A DNA stretch of 58,193 nucleotides, the filler included, from Sluysia triapertura (taxonomy: Eukaryota), in assembly GCA_046118255.1 (NCBI GenBank). It is 4 parts of 4 records of this genome, joined end to end, with 100 filler letters (N's around TTAATTAATTAA, not from the genome) between each part and the next. Parts side by side here need not be neighbours in the genome. Positions count along the whole stretch, not along the records: positions 1 to 14,395 come from JBJNIA010260955.1; positions 14,496 to 26,988 come from JBJNIA010093784.1; 2 more parts are not named here. One strand, 5' to 3'. This document shows positions 12,081 to 24,729 of this stretch, in pieces. A program made the translations under genes and the position numbers. The notes beneath the pieces were generated by a model, which worked only from the letters and a program-made list of their open reading frames with translations, made no database searches and was not told the DNA's origin. Every line of letters begins with the position of its first letter. Position 1 is the first letter of the stretch.

Positions 12081-13756
12081 AAGTTCCAAAATGTGGAAAT
12101 GATTGATTTAAATTTTCTTTATTGTTAATTAATTTTGTTAATTTATTGTTAATTAATTATTAAGCGGTTCGTTTATAGTATCCTTTTCTTCTTTTTCTTT
12201 AATAATATTTTTCCAGCTATCTTGTTTATCAATCAAGGTACTTCATTTCTTATTAACAAAGTTTACAATTTTATCTATCTTTTCTTTGGTTAAGAGTGCA
12301 GCTTTATTGCATTATGTAAGCCATTATTATTTTGTCTTTCTCTATTAATGCCTGCATTAATTTGTTTGTTATTATAGTTTTATATTGACCATTATCAATG
12401 TAGTCGCTTATATCTGTATTTTTATATTTTTCTTCCATCATTTTAATTATCTTATTTAATGTACTTATATATTCTTTTAGTTTCGGTAATAATGTATTAT
12501 ATTTATCGACATTAGAAAACTTATTAGATTATAATACATAAATTATACTTTTGCATTTAATGTTTCTTCTAAAGTTTTATGATTAATTTTTTAAGTCAAT
12601 TACTTTTCTGCGTATTGGGGTTGAGATTATTGTTTCATCATCATTATCTTTATTTTTTCTAGGATTGCTTGGTCTTTTTTTTAAAAGTATTTGTCTCTTT
12701 ATCTTCTGTTATGTGGGTTTTTGTTTACGTCTATTATACAATCAGGTTTCTTCTTTTTTATCATTGGTAATATCAATAATTTTATTTTTATTATTTTCAT
12801 TGTAATTATGTCCATTAATTCTCTTAATAGTGACCGCAGCATTCTTTCTAAATCAACATCATTGTAGTGATTTATTAGTTCATCTAATTTTCTTAAATCG
12901 TGTGGGGGTTAGTATATTTCACTATTACTGCGGAAGTCATTGATGCTTCCTCATGGTTTCCATTCATCGATGGGTAACTGTAATCATTTGTATAATCATT
13001 AGGTGCTAATTTTCTATCATAAAAATATGGATCAACATCAGTTATAGTGGAGTCATTTGATTTAAGTAATTTTATAATGTCTTTTACTGTTGACATTATT
13101 GGGAGTTCCACGGTAATATTCAGGGCATTATTAATAATTATACTTATTTTGATTATTATTTAGGATTATTTTCTCTTTCTTTTTGACCTATTTTTCTTAG
13201 TAATTTTTTTTGCATTAGTCTTATATAAACTATCTTCATTACTTAAAATAGCGAATATTAATTTGATATCATCTCATTTTGCACACTTAGTTCCAAATTC
13301 AATAATTCATTTAAATTTTCATTTAAATCTTTAGAATTTGTAATTTCATTTGCCATATCTGATAAAAATTTTTCAACTTTTTGATCACTTTCTTTAACTT
13401 TTGATTCTGGGGTATCTATCTTTAATTAGCTGATATTATTATTACTGATTCCATATTTTCTATTTCCATTTCTTCCTTGGCACTGTAATACGCATTTTCG
13501 TCACTTATCTCCATTTCTTCTGCTTGTACTCTTCAGCATCAGTTTCTTTGTTAATATTTTCTATGTCTGTTTCTACTTCTTCATCATCACTTAGTTCATT
13601 ATTTGTTTCCGAATTATTTGATTGATTTTTTTCATCATTTATTTCTACTTGATTAATTTCTTCTTCTGTTGAAATTGATTCAGTACTTGGTTCCTCTTCT
13701 ATTTCGTCATTTTTATCTTGTGCTTCAGATTCTGTTTCTTTATCTTACCTTCCCAT
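12081..13756 (-). pseudogene. N-terminal part of the env-protease polyprotein (acidic low-complexity N-terminus plus conserved ~110-aa domain), decayed
   Basis: ATG at 13756, then MGR*DKETESEAQDKNDEIEEEPSTES..LSDDEEVETD. Continues through frameshifts via ORF 12893-13111 to SNKFSNVDKYNTLLPKLKEY..MEEKYKNTDISDYIDNGQ..KKIDKIVNFVNKK..IDKQDSWKNIIKEK, then the glycoprotein signal peptide. Confidence 0.6.
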
Positions 13757-14395
13757 TTATCAATTATTTCTCAACACAAAAATTACACCATAACAAATTT
13801 TACACATATCATTCACAACATTACACCACTCATCATTATAAAATTACAAGCTCCTGGTAAAATTTCTTTTATTTGCATTTTTAATCAAAATATTAAACTC
13901 AATGTTCATTGTCATTTTTATTATCATTATGACGCACTATCCTTTCTCCCGATTTTCAATTTTTATTTTTTTCGCGATTTATCTGTTAAAGCATCTCATA
14001 ATATACAGAGTTTAATGGAAATTAATATAGATGGTATACTAGTATAAAGAAATTGCTTGAGAATATATCAAAATTGCACTTTTATTCGAAACAATAAATG
14101 AATAAGAAAGAATTATTAAAGGAAAAGAATAAATAATTATTTAGAAATTGTATATCGTAGCACTTTAAAGTGACTTTCATTAAAAAGCTAAAATTTACAT
14201 AAAATACAAAAATAGGTTTATTAATCTTATTGCATTTTCAAAATATTAATTCACATGAGATACCATTAAATTTTATTAACTTATAAATTTAAAATAATAT
14301 ACTGCGGAATTTATATGAATCGAATATGTTGTTATTGAGTCACTTGATATATGTTTTTGTTTAAATCAGCTTTTTGGAATTGTGAGAAGTTTTTT

Positions 14396-14495
14396 NNNNN
14401 NNNNNNNNNNNNNNNNNNNNNNNNNNNNNNNNNNNNNNNTTAATTAATTAANNNNNNNNNNNNNNNNNNNNNNNNNNNNNNNNNNNNNNNNNNNN
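14396..14495. other. Artificial contig linker (44 N + TTAATTAATTAA + 44 N)
   Basis: Identical 100-nt construct occurs three times; the 12-mer puts stop codons in all six frames. Confidence 0.95.
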
Positions 14496-14727
14496 TGTCG
14501 AAGCTTAGTATGTTAGAGATGGTTGATATATTATGTGATTTGTTGGTGTATATGAGTTAATGCGGTGTTGTGGTTATCGAATGTTGTTTTATGATGTTTG
14601 TGTTGGTGTATTTGGGAAGTAAAAAATACGATTATTGTGAAGATTGCATTTTGGTTTATAAATATTGATTTATAAATATTTGTTTTGATATTTTGATTGG
14701 GTTTAGAAATGAGTGTTGACCACTACA
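14496..14727 (-). repeat. Solo-LTR-like repeat fragment (strand-skewed, TGTAGTGG..CAAC terminus)
   Basis: GT-rich on +; ends gttgaccactaca; same terminal motif at 165-179, 6215-6228, 15780, 17444, 19264 and 20314. Confidence 0.5.
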
Positions 14728-15410
14728 ATATAAACGATTTTTACAATTTATTCGGAATGTCCAAATGTCCGTAAGTTGTTTATATAAGTTTCACGCTTAG
14801 ATATTTAGCGTTAAAATCTACTCAAACTCATAATTTTTAACCATCCAAGCATTCGCCTGGATTAATTTGATTTTTAAAATCTTGCACTATAGTTCAGGAG
14901 AAATCCTAAATTTTAACAGTTCTTTATATATAAAGATGGGAGTAACTGCAGTCGCATATAATTGACATAATTTGTTTGCAAATTTTCCTATAGACTAAGG
15001 TTTACTTTTTTGATGTAATGGATACGTACGAAGTATTCATCAAACATTTTAGTGCAATAACATAGCAGAGGAAATTTTTGAATTTCATGTATATCATTAG
15101 TACATGAAAGATTATTAAACATATCTCTGCTAGCAGATTTAGGCATTTTTAGTATTTATATTTAATACATTTAATGTGTGTCGGTCCTTGTAGAATCATT
15201 GCACAAAAATACTTTAATTTAATAAGAGTAAAATTTTAAATAATTAAATAATAATTAATAAAAAAAGCAATAATTATAATAAATAATGTAATCATAGATA
15301 TCAATATTATAATAATGATACAGTTATTAGTTTCTACGATGTAGTTGGATTACCGTGTATATTCTAAATTCATCATCATCACTAATAATATTCGTTTGGT
15401 GTACTATGAT

Positions 15411-15650
15411 CAGGACCAGATCTAGGGTTTTTGGCGCCCCGGGCAAAACAAAATTTGGCACCCTTTCTTACAAGAATATACAAGTTTACTGCGATTTAAA
15501 AAAATAGTTTAAAAAGGCGAAAAATCAAAATTACACAAAAAATAACAGTAAAAAATTTAGTTAAAAAATAATATTTAAAAGCGATACAACATATAGAATA
15601 ACATAACGAGCGCGTCTGAAGTTCGAGCGACGAAGGAGCTATTCCTGTTG
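15411..15650 (+). mobile_element. hAT-like non-autonomous DNA transposon end
   Basis: caggaccagatctagggtttttggcgcccgggcaaaac..ggcaccc resembles CAGGGCCGG-type hAT MITE termini; GC-rich island in AT-rich DNA. Confidence 0.45.
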
Positions 15651-15779
15651 CATACGTGTGACATAAGATTTTTTTATAATTCTATTTGTCAAAAATTCAA
15701 TAACAGTTAATTAAATTAATTTTTTTTGAAAAACATTTTGTAAACGGTTTACAATATTAAAATAATTAGCTTGGTGACC

Positions 15780-16290
15780 TGTGGTGAGCTCCACATTTTC
15801 TCATCAAAATCACAAACACATTTCATCACAAATGTACATTTCTTACATAAACAAAATGCTAAACAAATTACTCGATTCATTCAAAAGACAAACATAGTCA
15901 TTGGGTATAATCATTTGTTATGCTTATTGTTATCAAAATTTCTATCACAATAATAATTCTCATAATAATTTAATATTCTCGTAATTATCTGAATATTATC
16001 ACATTACACTAGATAATAATTTTATTATAATTTTAACATAATTGTTATTATAATTTTATTATTGTCAAATTACTTTACATTTTCACACTCTTTTGTTTGT
16101 ATGCATGTGTATATGTATATATGTATGTACGTTTGTATGTATGCTTATTCTTATGCACTTTTCCTTTTACATTTTATCACGATTATTACGTTTATTAAAG
16201 TGTATTTATTACTATATTTACCTGTAACCTTTCTCAGTATAGAATTAGAAAACAACATTAAAAATCAATATCCTCATATGATATTTTGGA
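15780..16290 (+). repeat. Solo-LTR-like interspersed repeat
   Basis: Starts tgtggtgagctccac; 15826-15990 is near-identical to 20341-20510; the (atgt)n block at 16099-16143 is echoed at ~19775-19805. Confidence 0.65.
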
Positions 16291-17689
16291 TATGTAGTTT
16301 TGGTTTGACAGCATTTATACTTCATTTTACAGTAAATTTGTTAACTTTCGAAAAAGCACAATATTCCAGAATTGACAAGTAATGAATAAAGTGAAATTAA
16401 ATAAGGTTCGAATAGTATGACTAATACAACTCGTCAATTTAATTCAATGTCAAAGAAGTATTATCCAGTACTTTACCAATTCAAGCAACTACTTTTGAAA
16501 AAATGATTCTGTCACAATTCCATCAAAAAAGTGTTTATTTTTGTCAAGATCATCCAATCAAACGATAGTATTAGATGCTGTTTAAAAATTATAATATGCT
16601 ATTAAATCAAATACCTAATCAGAATCAGCTCGTCGATCTGAAAATATAAAATAAAAATATATAAAATTAATAATAATTAATTATCACTATTACGTTAAAA
16701 GAATACTCGATAGATAAAAATTATTCAACAGTTATACTGATGAAAATGATGAAGATATGAATACTATATATTAATGCAGGCTTTTCTTTCTAGTTGAGAG
16801 GATTAACTAATTTTAAATATATTCTATATTTTGTATATTGAGCGCAGATTATATAAACCAATAAGATATTTAATGATTATTAGTTTTCATATTGTTGTAC
16901 ATAAAATTGAAAATGTTCTAGATTACATGTTTATGAACAGTTTTATTTTTATTCATCAAAACATGATAATAACATTATTCTATCATCATTTTGTCAAATT
17001 CTTTAGCCATTTCAATAAGAGGGCCTTCGATTGTAGTTTCTTAATGTCGCTATTAAAATTAATACTCAAATGCTTCATTTTATTAAATTTCATTTATTAT
17101 TATAAATCGAAATAAAATTATTCAATTCAAAATAAATTTTACACTAAATATACTTTTTACACAAAAAAGATTTATTATCGGATGAGAGTCGATACAAATG
17201 ATAAATTAGAATTTTAATTTCCAAGAATTATGATTCGTAATAGTATTTACATTATTTATAAAAATAAATTTATTTTATATCTTTTTAACTGCTGATTTAT
17301 GTGAACATCATTAGTAACTGTAGAGTTATATTCAAATACTTTGTTTTTCGTCATAAAATGTAAAACCGATGCTATTTGCTTCGCAAAATATAATATTTGT
17401 CCCTATTTCATTTACATAACTTTGTTTTTGGTTATATTACTGGTGTAGTAGCTCAACCTTTTTACTTAATATTTTATTAACAAGGCAACAAAACATCACA
17501 CATTGCAACAACACAAACCCTAAATCATGTGCACAACTTTTAAACACAAATCTTTTAAACCTTAAAATAACTATTAAATTGTTAACCGACATGTTAATGA
17601 AATTTCTCTAAAATTAAATCAAGTTTTTTCTGAAGCTTTTGTATTAACTTTCCTTTCTTTTATTGCTCTACAAGTTATTTTCAAATCTC

Positions 17690-18200
17690 AAAAGAAATTA
17701 TTTATGTAAAACTGGAATAAGAAATCAAAAATTGTTTATAAAAATTATCATCCGAAATACAATCAATACCAAAAAATCGTTGAAGAAGCGTTTTGAAAAT
17801 ATGGTACGAAATAGTTGTGAAGAATCAGAATTAAATGCCCATTTCAATATCGCAATGAAAAAATTAAGAAATTTAAGGAAATAAGGAATATTCAATTAAT
17901 TTCCATAATAATTAAGATATTAGAAACATGCACATTCTTCATCTAATAGCAAAGTACAAAATTAAGATAAAGTTGGTAATGATATTATTAATGATTTCAT
18001 TGAAATTCAAAACAGGTCAAGGTGCAGTATGTATGTGATGCACTTAGAGAAATTTAAAGAACTAAAAATTTTGTATCAGTAAACATGTTTGTAAAAGATC
18101 ATGGAAAGAAGTTTAAAGAAAAGAATAAAAAGTACATTTATGTAATGTTCGTGGAATGATTCAAAGCGCCTGTCAACATTACAGTTGAAGTTTTTAATCT
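17690..18200 (+). mobile_element. Possible MULE/FAR1-like transposase remnant
   Basis: KRFENMVRNSCEESELNAHFNIAMKKL-type helix, and a broken SWIM-like CN(C)SWNDSKRL(P)CQH near 18140-18180; heavily decayed. Confidence 0.3.
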
Positions 18201-19263
18201 GATGCAAGAAATATAAATGTCTTATCTTAAAAAGTTACTGCAATTAATGCCTTATCAGATTTAAAAAATGATTATGTAATACCATTATTTATTAAATAAA
18301 CTAAACATAATTTGATAAACTATCTCCGATGCTTTAATTAAAGAAATTTGTGATAATGTTTATAATAAAATTAATATAAAGCCATTCATACAAAACACGA
18401 CAATTGTGTAAGAATAAATACGTTATACATAAAGTTTATGCGTTAAATAAATATAATAATCACGCATAATAATAATATCAAATTTAATTCTCGTCAAAAT
18501 GGTATCCAGGCCGTATCATTATATACACAAAAATTTATATGGATGCCAAACCAATAATATACGCATTTTTTTCAGCTACGTTGATGTGTACGTATTTGGC
18601 CAAAAGTAATTGGTCGATTTTTGGGAGGTGATAAAGAAAAGTTGGAACTGCTAAAAATAGAAAGACAAAATTGATATCACAAAAAGGCATTAGTCAAAAA
18701 CAAAATTTAAAGCATTAATAATTAAAATTTTGATTATGAATAAAAATTGCAGTTTAATCCGTTTTGAGAATCTTCGAATCGCGCTATTAATTAAAAATAA
18801 AAGTCTAATTAAGACAAAAATTAATTAATATGAAAGTCTTTATTTCAATTTATTAATGAAAGAAACAAAGAATTTGATAAGATATTTAGTCAATCATTCC
18901 GATAAGCACAACATTTCTTCTAATTTTAGTCTTTATTCACAAATGTATTTCAAAGAATTATCAAAGTGTTTGGATGATAGTACGTATGTTCCAGATAATT
19001 TTATCTCAAAACATGTTCTAGTATTGTCATTATTGGATTAATAAAATATTAATTCAATAAGAGAGCTAGGTTAAAACCTACAAATTAAGTTGTGTTTAAT
19101 ATTGAATGAAAAATTAAAAATAATTAGTGTGTTTGAAACATATATTACAAAACTTACAAAATACGAATTAAACTAATTTAATTAAAAAATAAATGTTAAA
19201 ATACAATAGCATTGCCTTATACAAATAAATTTTGATGATTCATCTGCAGAATGAGTCATAATT

Positions 19264-19915
19264 TCTGTGGTTCAACTTTTCTACTTAAATTTTGTCCACT
19301 AACAAGCAAAACAACACAACAAAAATATCGCATATACAACACTAAACGTTAAATAAGTACATTATCACATAATTATTTAAACAAGCTTAGCATATAAAAT
19401 TTCCAAGACTAAAAATTAATCACAAAGACAATTTCAAATAACAATGAAATTTCTGTAAAATCTAATTTCGATTTTCTTTAAACTTCCATATTCTTTCTGC
19501 AATATATTCTAGTCTCGTACCATCAAAGCGTAAATTGTATAAGCTATTTATCTGTAATGAACTCAAGATCAACTTATAATGATCACAAGCAAATACCAAC
19601 ACAAATCAACACATCTTACATAAACAAATTATTAAGTAAACCACAACATATCGAACTACTTCACAATACGTACAAAACATAAACACAGTCCTAATAATAT
19701 CATAATTGCTTAAATTTCGTCTATTATTATCGTTCCTGCAAGATTTTGTTTTTCTTTATGTAGCGTGAATGTTTCTACATATATACGTATGTACATGTAT
19801 ACCTTATTATTGTTACTAGTGTTTTTATGACTATTATTATTATTTCCACCAATACCACCTATACCTATTTCATTATATTATTCAACATAAATCAAACATT
19901 ACGATATTTCTGAAA
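19264..19915 (+). repeat. Solo-LTR-like interspersed repeat (same family as 15780-16290)
   Basis: Starts tctgtggttcaac, CA-rich body, shared tatgtacatgtat block and similar 3' end. Confidence 0.45.
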
Positions 19916-20313
19916 CAGGAAGAAATGTGCTTTTTTTAAATATTTTAAAAATATCTCCTTCTGAATAACATAAAATAAGCATTCAAATTCGCTTAAAAGA
20001 AATCATTCGTTATAATATTTCGAAAACAGAAAGAACTTTGCCTTTTAAAAATGTTACACTATCTTTAAGTGGTTTAACATATTGTGACATATTGCGCATA
20101 ATTTTAAATAATAATAAATCAATTAATGCTGGGATATGGAAGATACTTTTTAAAAAAAGGGATCAATAACGTTTATGAAACACTTGAATTTATGTTTCAA
20201 AAGTATTCTATTTAAGTTAATAGTAATTATGCTTGTAAACAAATATTTTAGCTGTATTAAATTTTTACACATCCATAAATCAATGTAATTTTTGAATAGA
20301 TGTAATTTAGCGG

Positions 20314-20512
20314 TGCAGTGAACTCAACGTTTAAACAAAAATCACAAATGAACATTTCTTACATAAACAAAATGATAAACAAATTACTCGATTCATTCAA
20401 AACACAAACATAGTCATTGTTTATAATTATCATTTGTTAAGCTTATTGTTATCATAATTTCTATCACAATAATAATTCTCATAATAATTTAATATTCTCG
20501 TAATTATATGAA
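20314..20512 (+). repeat. Second copy of the 15780 repeat (5' part)
   Basis: tgcagtgaactcaac, then ~170 nt near-identical to 15826-15990. Confidence 0.8.
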
Positions 20513-22334
20513 ATTATAATGATTGGGAACAATTAACAATTAGGTTTAAAGTTTGAATATATTTGGTAAAAAATTTATAAATTTCCCTCATTTTTGTGGA
20601 ATATTATAAATGATTTAATTGAACCTAATGAAGCAGATTGAAATAAGGACATATTTAGGTGAAGATTTAATAGAGCAATCAGTCGAGTTAAGAAAAGAAA
20701 TAATTACATTGTAGATATAATCAAACAAGTTAACAAAGAATAAACAAGTGTATAAAGCTGCTGGTGACAGATGATATTGTTTTTCAGAAACTCCTGAATT
20801 ACGAGATAGATTAATTAACAAAAAAACTACAAAAAAATATATTAACCTACAAAACGATATAACAAATTAGAATGTCTTAATGAGTAATTTATAAAGTTTG
20901 CAGCGTGCTTAATAATAAATTGGTTGCAACGGTATTTTAATAAATTTATCAAAAAAGAAGGGAGTCGCTCTAACTCGACCACATTAAGTTTTTATTAACC
21001 CCTTCCCCGTTTATTTATTTTTCAAGTGTGTGGTCGAAAACTGGCTGTTTTTTTATTATTGAAAATGCGGAGACAAAATAATTTTTTTCTAGAAAAACAA
21101 ATAAAACTAGACAAACAAGGTAATAAAACATACAATGTAATATGAAATAATAACAAAAGTAGTGTATAAAGATATTTCCGACGTCGTTTTGTAAATATTA
21201 TGAAGATTACACTTTTTTTCGTTTGATAGTTTTGATCCGTATATATACGGGATTTTATGCTCTGGTCACTTTTAGTTACCACGTAAATATACGGAATAAA
21301 CAGAGAGTGGTTAAAATGCTATTAAATTTATCTTCAGTTTGTCATGTATATACTTTTCAGAGAGGTCATGTTATTCGCAACAGTAATTACAACACAATTT
21401 AAATAGTTTAATGTATGAAAAATCCTTTCAAGTATCGAAATTTAATAAATGTGGAAACTGCAGTGTAACTGCACTTAAGGTGCTTTTTAAATGTGTTCTT
21501 AGGCTTAAGGCTTTTATTATTACTAAGCAAAGTCCCTTGGATATGACTAAGGCATTTATGAATTATATAAAAATTCAACATCGGCTTTATTTAAATAACA
21601 TTTTGAAAATTTGAGGCGAGCACACATCATACGTTAAGTTTTGTTTTATTTTGTTAAGTTTTAATTATTTTATTTCTGAAACATTTTTTCAAAGTATAAA
21701 CAAATACATCAAATAATCATAATTGGAAGTTTTCTTTGGTGTATAATAATAGGTAATTTAATAAGAAATTTATCTTTTAAATATATTTAAAAACAAAATT
21801 TAATAAAATAACACATTTTAATCATTACATGACGTATCACCTTTCATCAAATCAATTTTTATAACCAGTATTGTAGTACGCAAATATAAATTATAAATTT
21901 TCAATCTTAAATTCTAATGGTAATTTTTTTATTTTTACGTAACTTAACAATTGTTGATTATTTTTAACTTTTATTTTGTAAATTTTTTAAATAATTTTTT
22001 AACATTTACAGCGCTGTTCTTATCGCTCGATGACTTTTCTCCAACGTCATCGCCAGTTAGGCCGAATTTATTTTTTGCGCCGGAGGCTTTCTATTATGAA
22101 AGAAAAAATGAACTAAGTTAAAATTTTATTTTCCAACGAACCCCAACAAAAGCAGAATATATAGTTTCGTCTCAACGCATTTTAAATACAAAAAATTAAT
22201 AAAATTAAAAAACAGAACTGTTTTAACTGTTTTTTGTGAAGCTACTTAGATAACTAAGATATTTTGGTTTTGTAAAAGTTAATTATTGCAAATGATTAAA
22301 TTATCATAATTTTTTGAATAAACTTTGATTTTAG

Positions 22335-22638
22335 GTAAATGGTATAGATGTCAGAAACACCTCGGTAGAAAATTTGAAACATTTGTTTATTCAAAATAAA
22401 GATACAGTATTTTTACGGGTATTACATGCTCGTTATTTGGAATCCGAAGATAGTAGCTTGACTGGTATTTACAAGCAATATTCAAGTGATTATCATCCTC
22501 AAAATGCTTCTACTACTTCTACCAGCTCTATTCAGAATTGTCGTTGTCATAGTAATAGACTGGAACACCAACTAATCAACGCTCAGACAAATAATAACAC
22601 ATATAGTATTAATTCTATGAGACATGCATTATCTGTCG
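22335..22638 (+). CDS. Internal exon encoding the C-terminal half of a PDZ domain plus an S/T-rich linker
   Basis: AG at 22333-22334, GTAAG at 22639; VNGIDVRNTSVENLKHLFIQNKDTVFLRV matches the PDZ VNG.DV....E....L.....V.L.V end. Confidence 0.7.
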
Positions 22639-23087
22639 GTAAGTTAATCATTTTTGCAATTTATTATCCCATTCCTTACTGCATGTGTAAAATAAATTAT
22701 CACCTACAAAAATGAATTAAGTGATGCAGAGACGTCCTACAGGATATGTATTAAGATAGTTTGAGTTATTTCACTAATCGTAACGCAAACTCGTAATTCT
22801 ATATGTTTGATTTGAAAATGTTCTTTTTATTTATTAAAACGTCGTTTTAACTTTGCAGGAGTGTTACCTGTCTATTCTACGTATATTGATTTCTCTATTT
22901 TGTTATTTATTGGTTCAAATTTCTTTATCTTTCATGTTTTTTGCTTGAGCTAAATTAAATAATGTAATAACTCATAAAAAAATTAAATTATATTAATAAC
23001 TAAAAATGTATTCATAGTATATTCGTAAATTGAAGATGGCATTGATGGCGTTCCTGGTAGGAGCGTATCATTAAAATGATGCGTGAG

Positions 23088-23560
23088 TTAATCATGGATA
23101 TTCAAACGAACAAAATTTATTAGTATGACTATACCAAGGGCAATAACTAACAAAATTGGAATAACTAATAAGATTACTAACGCCGGATCATTTTTTAGTA
23201 TTTCCAGTATTATCAAGTTCTTTCCGTGACGTTTCAAACCTAAATTAATAATTTTAGTACATACTTCGTGCATGTATCTCACCACATCCCCACAATTCTT
23301 GCCTTTTACTAACTCTATGTATAACGCCATTATATAATCAGAAGTTTTCTCGCCTTTTTGATAGACTAGAGAGAGACATTGATTCAAAATAAAGAATGTT
23401 ATGAAGTACTTCAACTATGTCGAACATCGGTTGTCTAAAGAACATCCAAATGAACCGATATCATTTCTAGTAAAAGGCTTGTTTTATTAGTAAATAAGCA
23501 GTCCGAAGTGGAGCAAACCTGGTTAGGCAGTTGGATATCAATCACAATGAAATTTCCGAT
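23088..23560 (-). pseudogene. Unidentified Cys-containing, C-terminally hydrophobic coding remnant
   Basis: 108-codon open frame ending in a TM-like stretch (ALVILLVIPILLVIALGIVILINF); upstream frame broken by a stop; no recognisable family. Confidence 0.25.
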
Positions 23561-24729
23561 GATTATATATTGAAATTAAAGACACCTTCGGTTTTAATGA
23601 GTGAAATGAGTGAAGAAAATCTTATTTAGAAACTGCTTTCTAAGAAACCTAAATAAAAATTAATTTATAATTGGATACCACTCATTTTGTGGAAAGAACA
23701 AAATTTTAAAAATAGAAAGGCAAGATAGATTATGCGTTTAAAAGAATTTTATGCAAAAAACATTAAAAATGATGTCGAAATTTTTTTGTTTTAATATTAT
23801 TATTATTTTACAGATTTAAAAAATAATTTGGAAATATTTAAAATTTTAAAGTTGAACGATTTTCTGTGTTATAAAATTTGATACTTGCTAAACAAATAAA
23901 TACGTTTCTATACATATGTAATGATGATAGAATTGGTATTAACAAATCAAATAATAAGGTATTTATTAAGTGATCTAGCGTGCCTTATCTGATTCTGATT
24001 CAACACGTTGAAAATATATTCAAATTTAAAAATTCATTTATTAATTAATTTATTTATTAGAATTAATCAAAATTATACACCGCAGTCGCCACACGATTTA
24101 CGTAAACATGCAGTAAATGTAGAAAAGATTCATCTAAATGATAATATTATACCGATCTTAAATTGTTCCCATTTACAAACCTTGAAAATATTTAAAATTG
24201 AAGTTGGAAAGTTAGAGTTACAGAACAGAATAATCAAAGAATCATTTCAAAGTTTATAGGAAGGGAATTCTAATATTATTAGAATTGAAGAAAAGCAGGA
24301 TTAAATGTAATTCCGATAATATATATTATATTAAGAAAAATAATGCATACATCGATGTGTCATATAGATGTGTTTCTGATAATGAAATATTGGGAAGTTT
24401 TCGTTAATTAAAAACTTCTATTAATGCAGAAATTATTCAACCACTGCATCTTTGTAATTATTATTAGTACGTATCACCATGTAAACTACATATTGATGGT
24501 GATGTTTGTGGAATTCGGTATTTCTATTTATTTTGTCGGAATTTCTTTTTTTATTTGGAATTCCAGCATTTTCTTTGGACGAACCTGTGTTTTCCTTATT
24601 TATTTGGCTTCTGTGTATTTTTCATACTCGGAATTCATCATTATCTTGATAAACATTTCCGGACACTAAGTTAAATTTTATTTGTTTCAAAAATATTAAA
24701 CAACATTGCACTATGTGCAACTCAAATTA

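Noticed and set aside
2485-13756. Functional link between TSG101 (virus budding factor) and the nearby env element
   Set aside because: I saw no PTAP/PSAP, PPxY or YPxL late domain in the parts of the polyprotein I translated (QPPPR lacks Tyr); the second copy is not near TSG101; proximity is most simply chance.
14440-14451. TTAATTAATTAA palindrome recurring inside N runs (also 27033-27044 and 38127-38138)
   Set aside because: Artificial six-frame-stop linker in fixed 100-nt joins; not biological. ORF-track entries spanning N runs are also artefacts.
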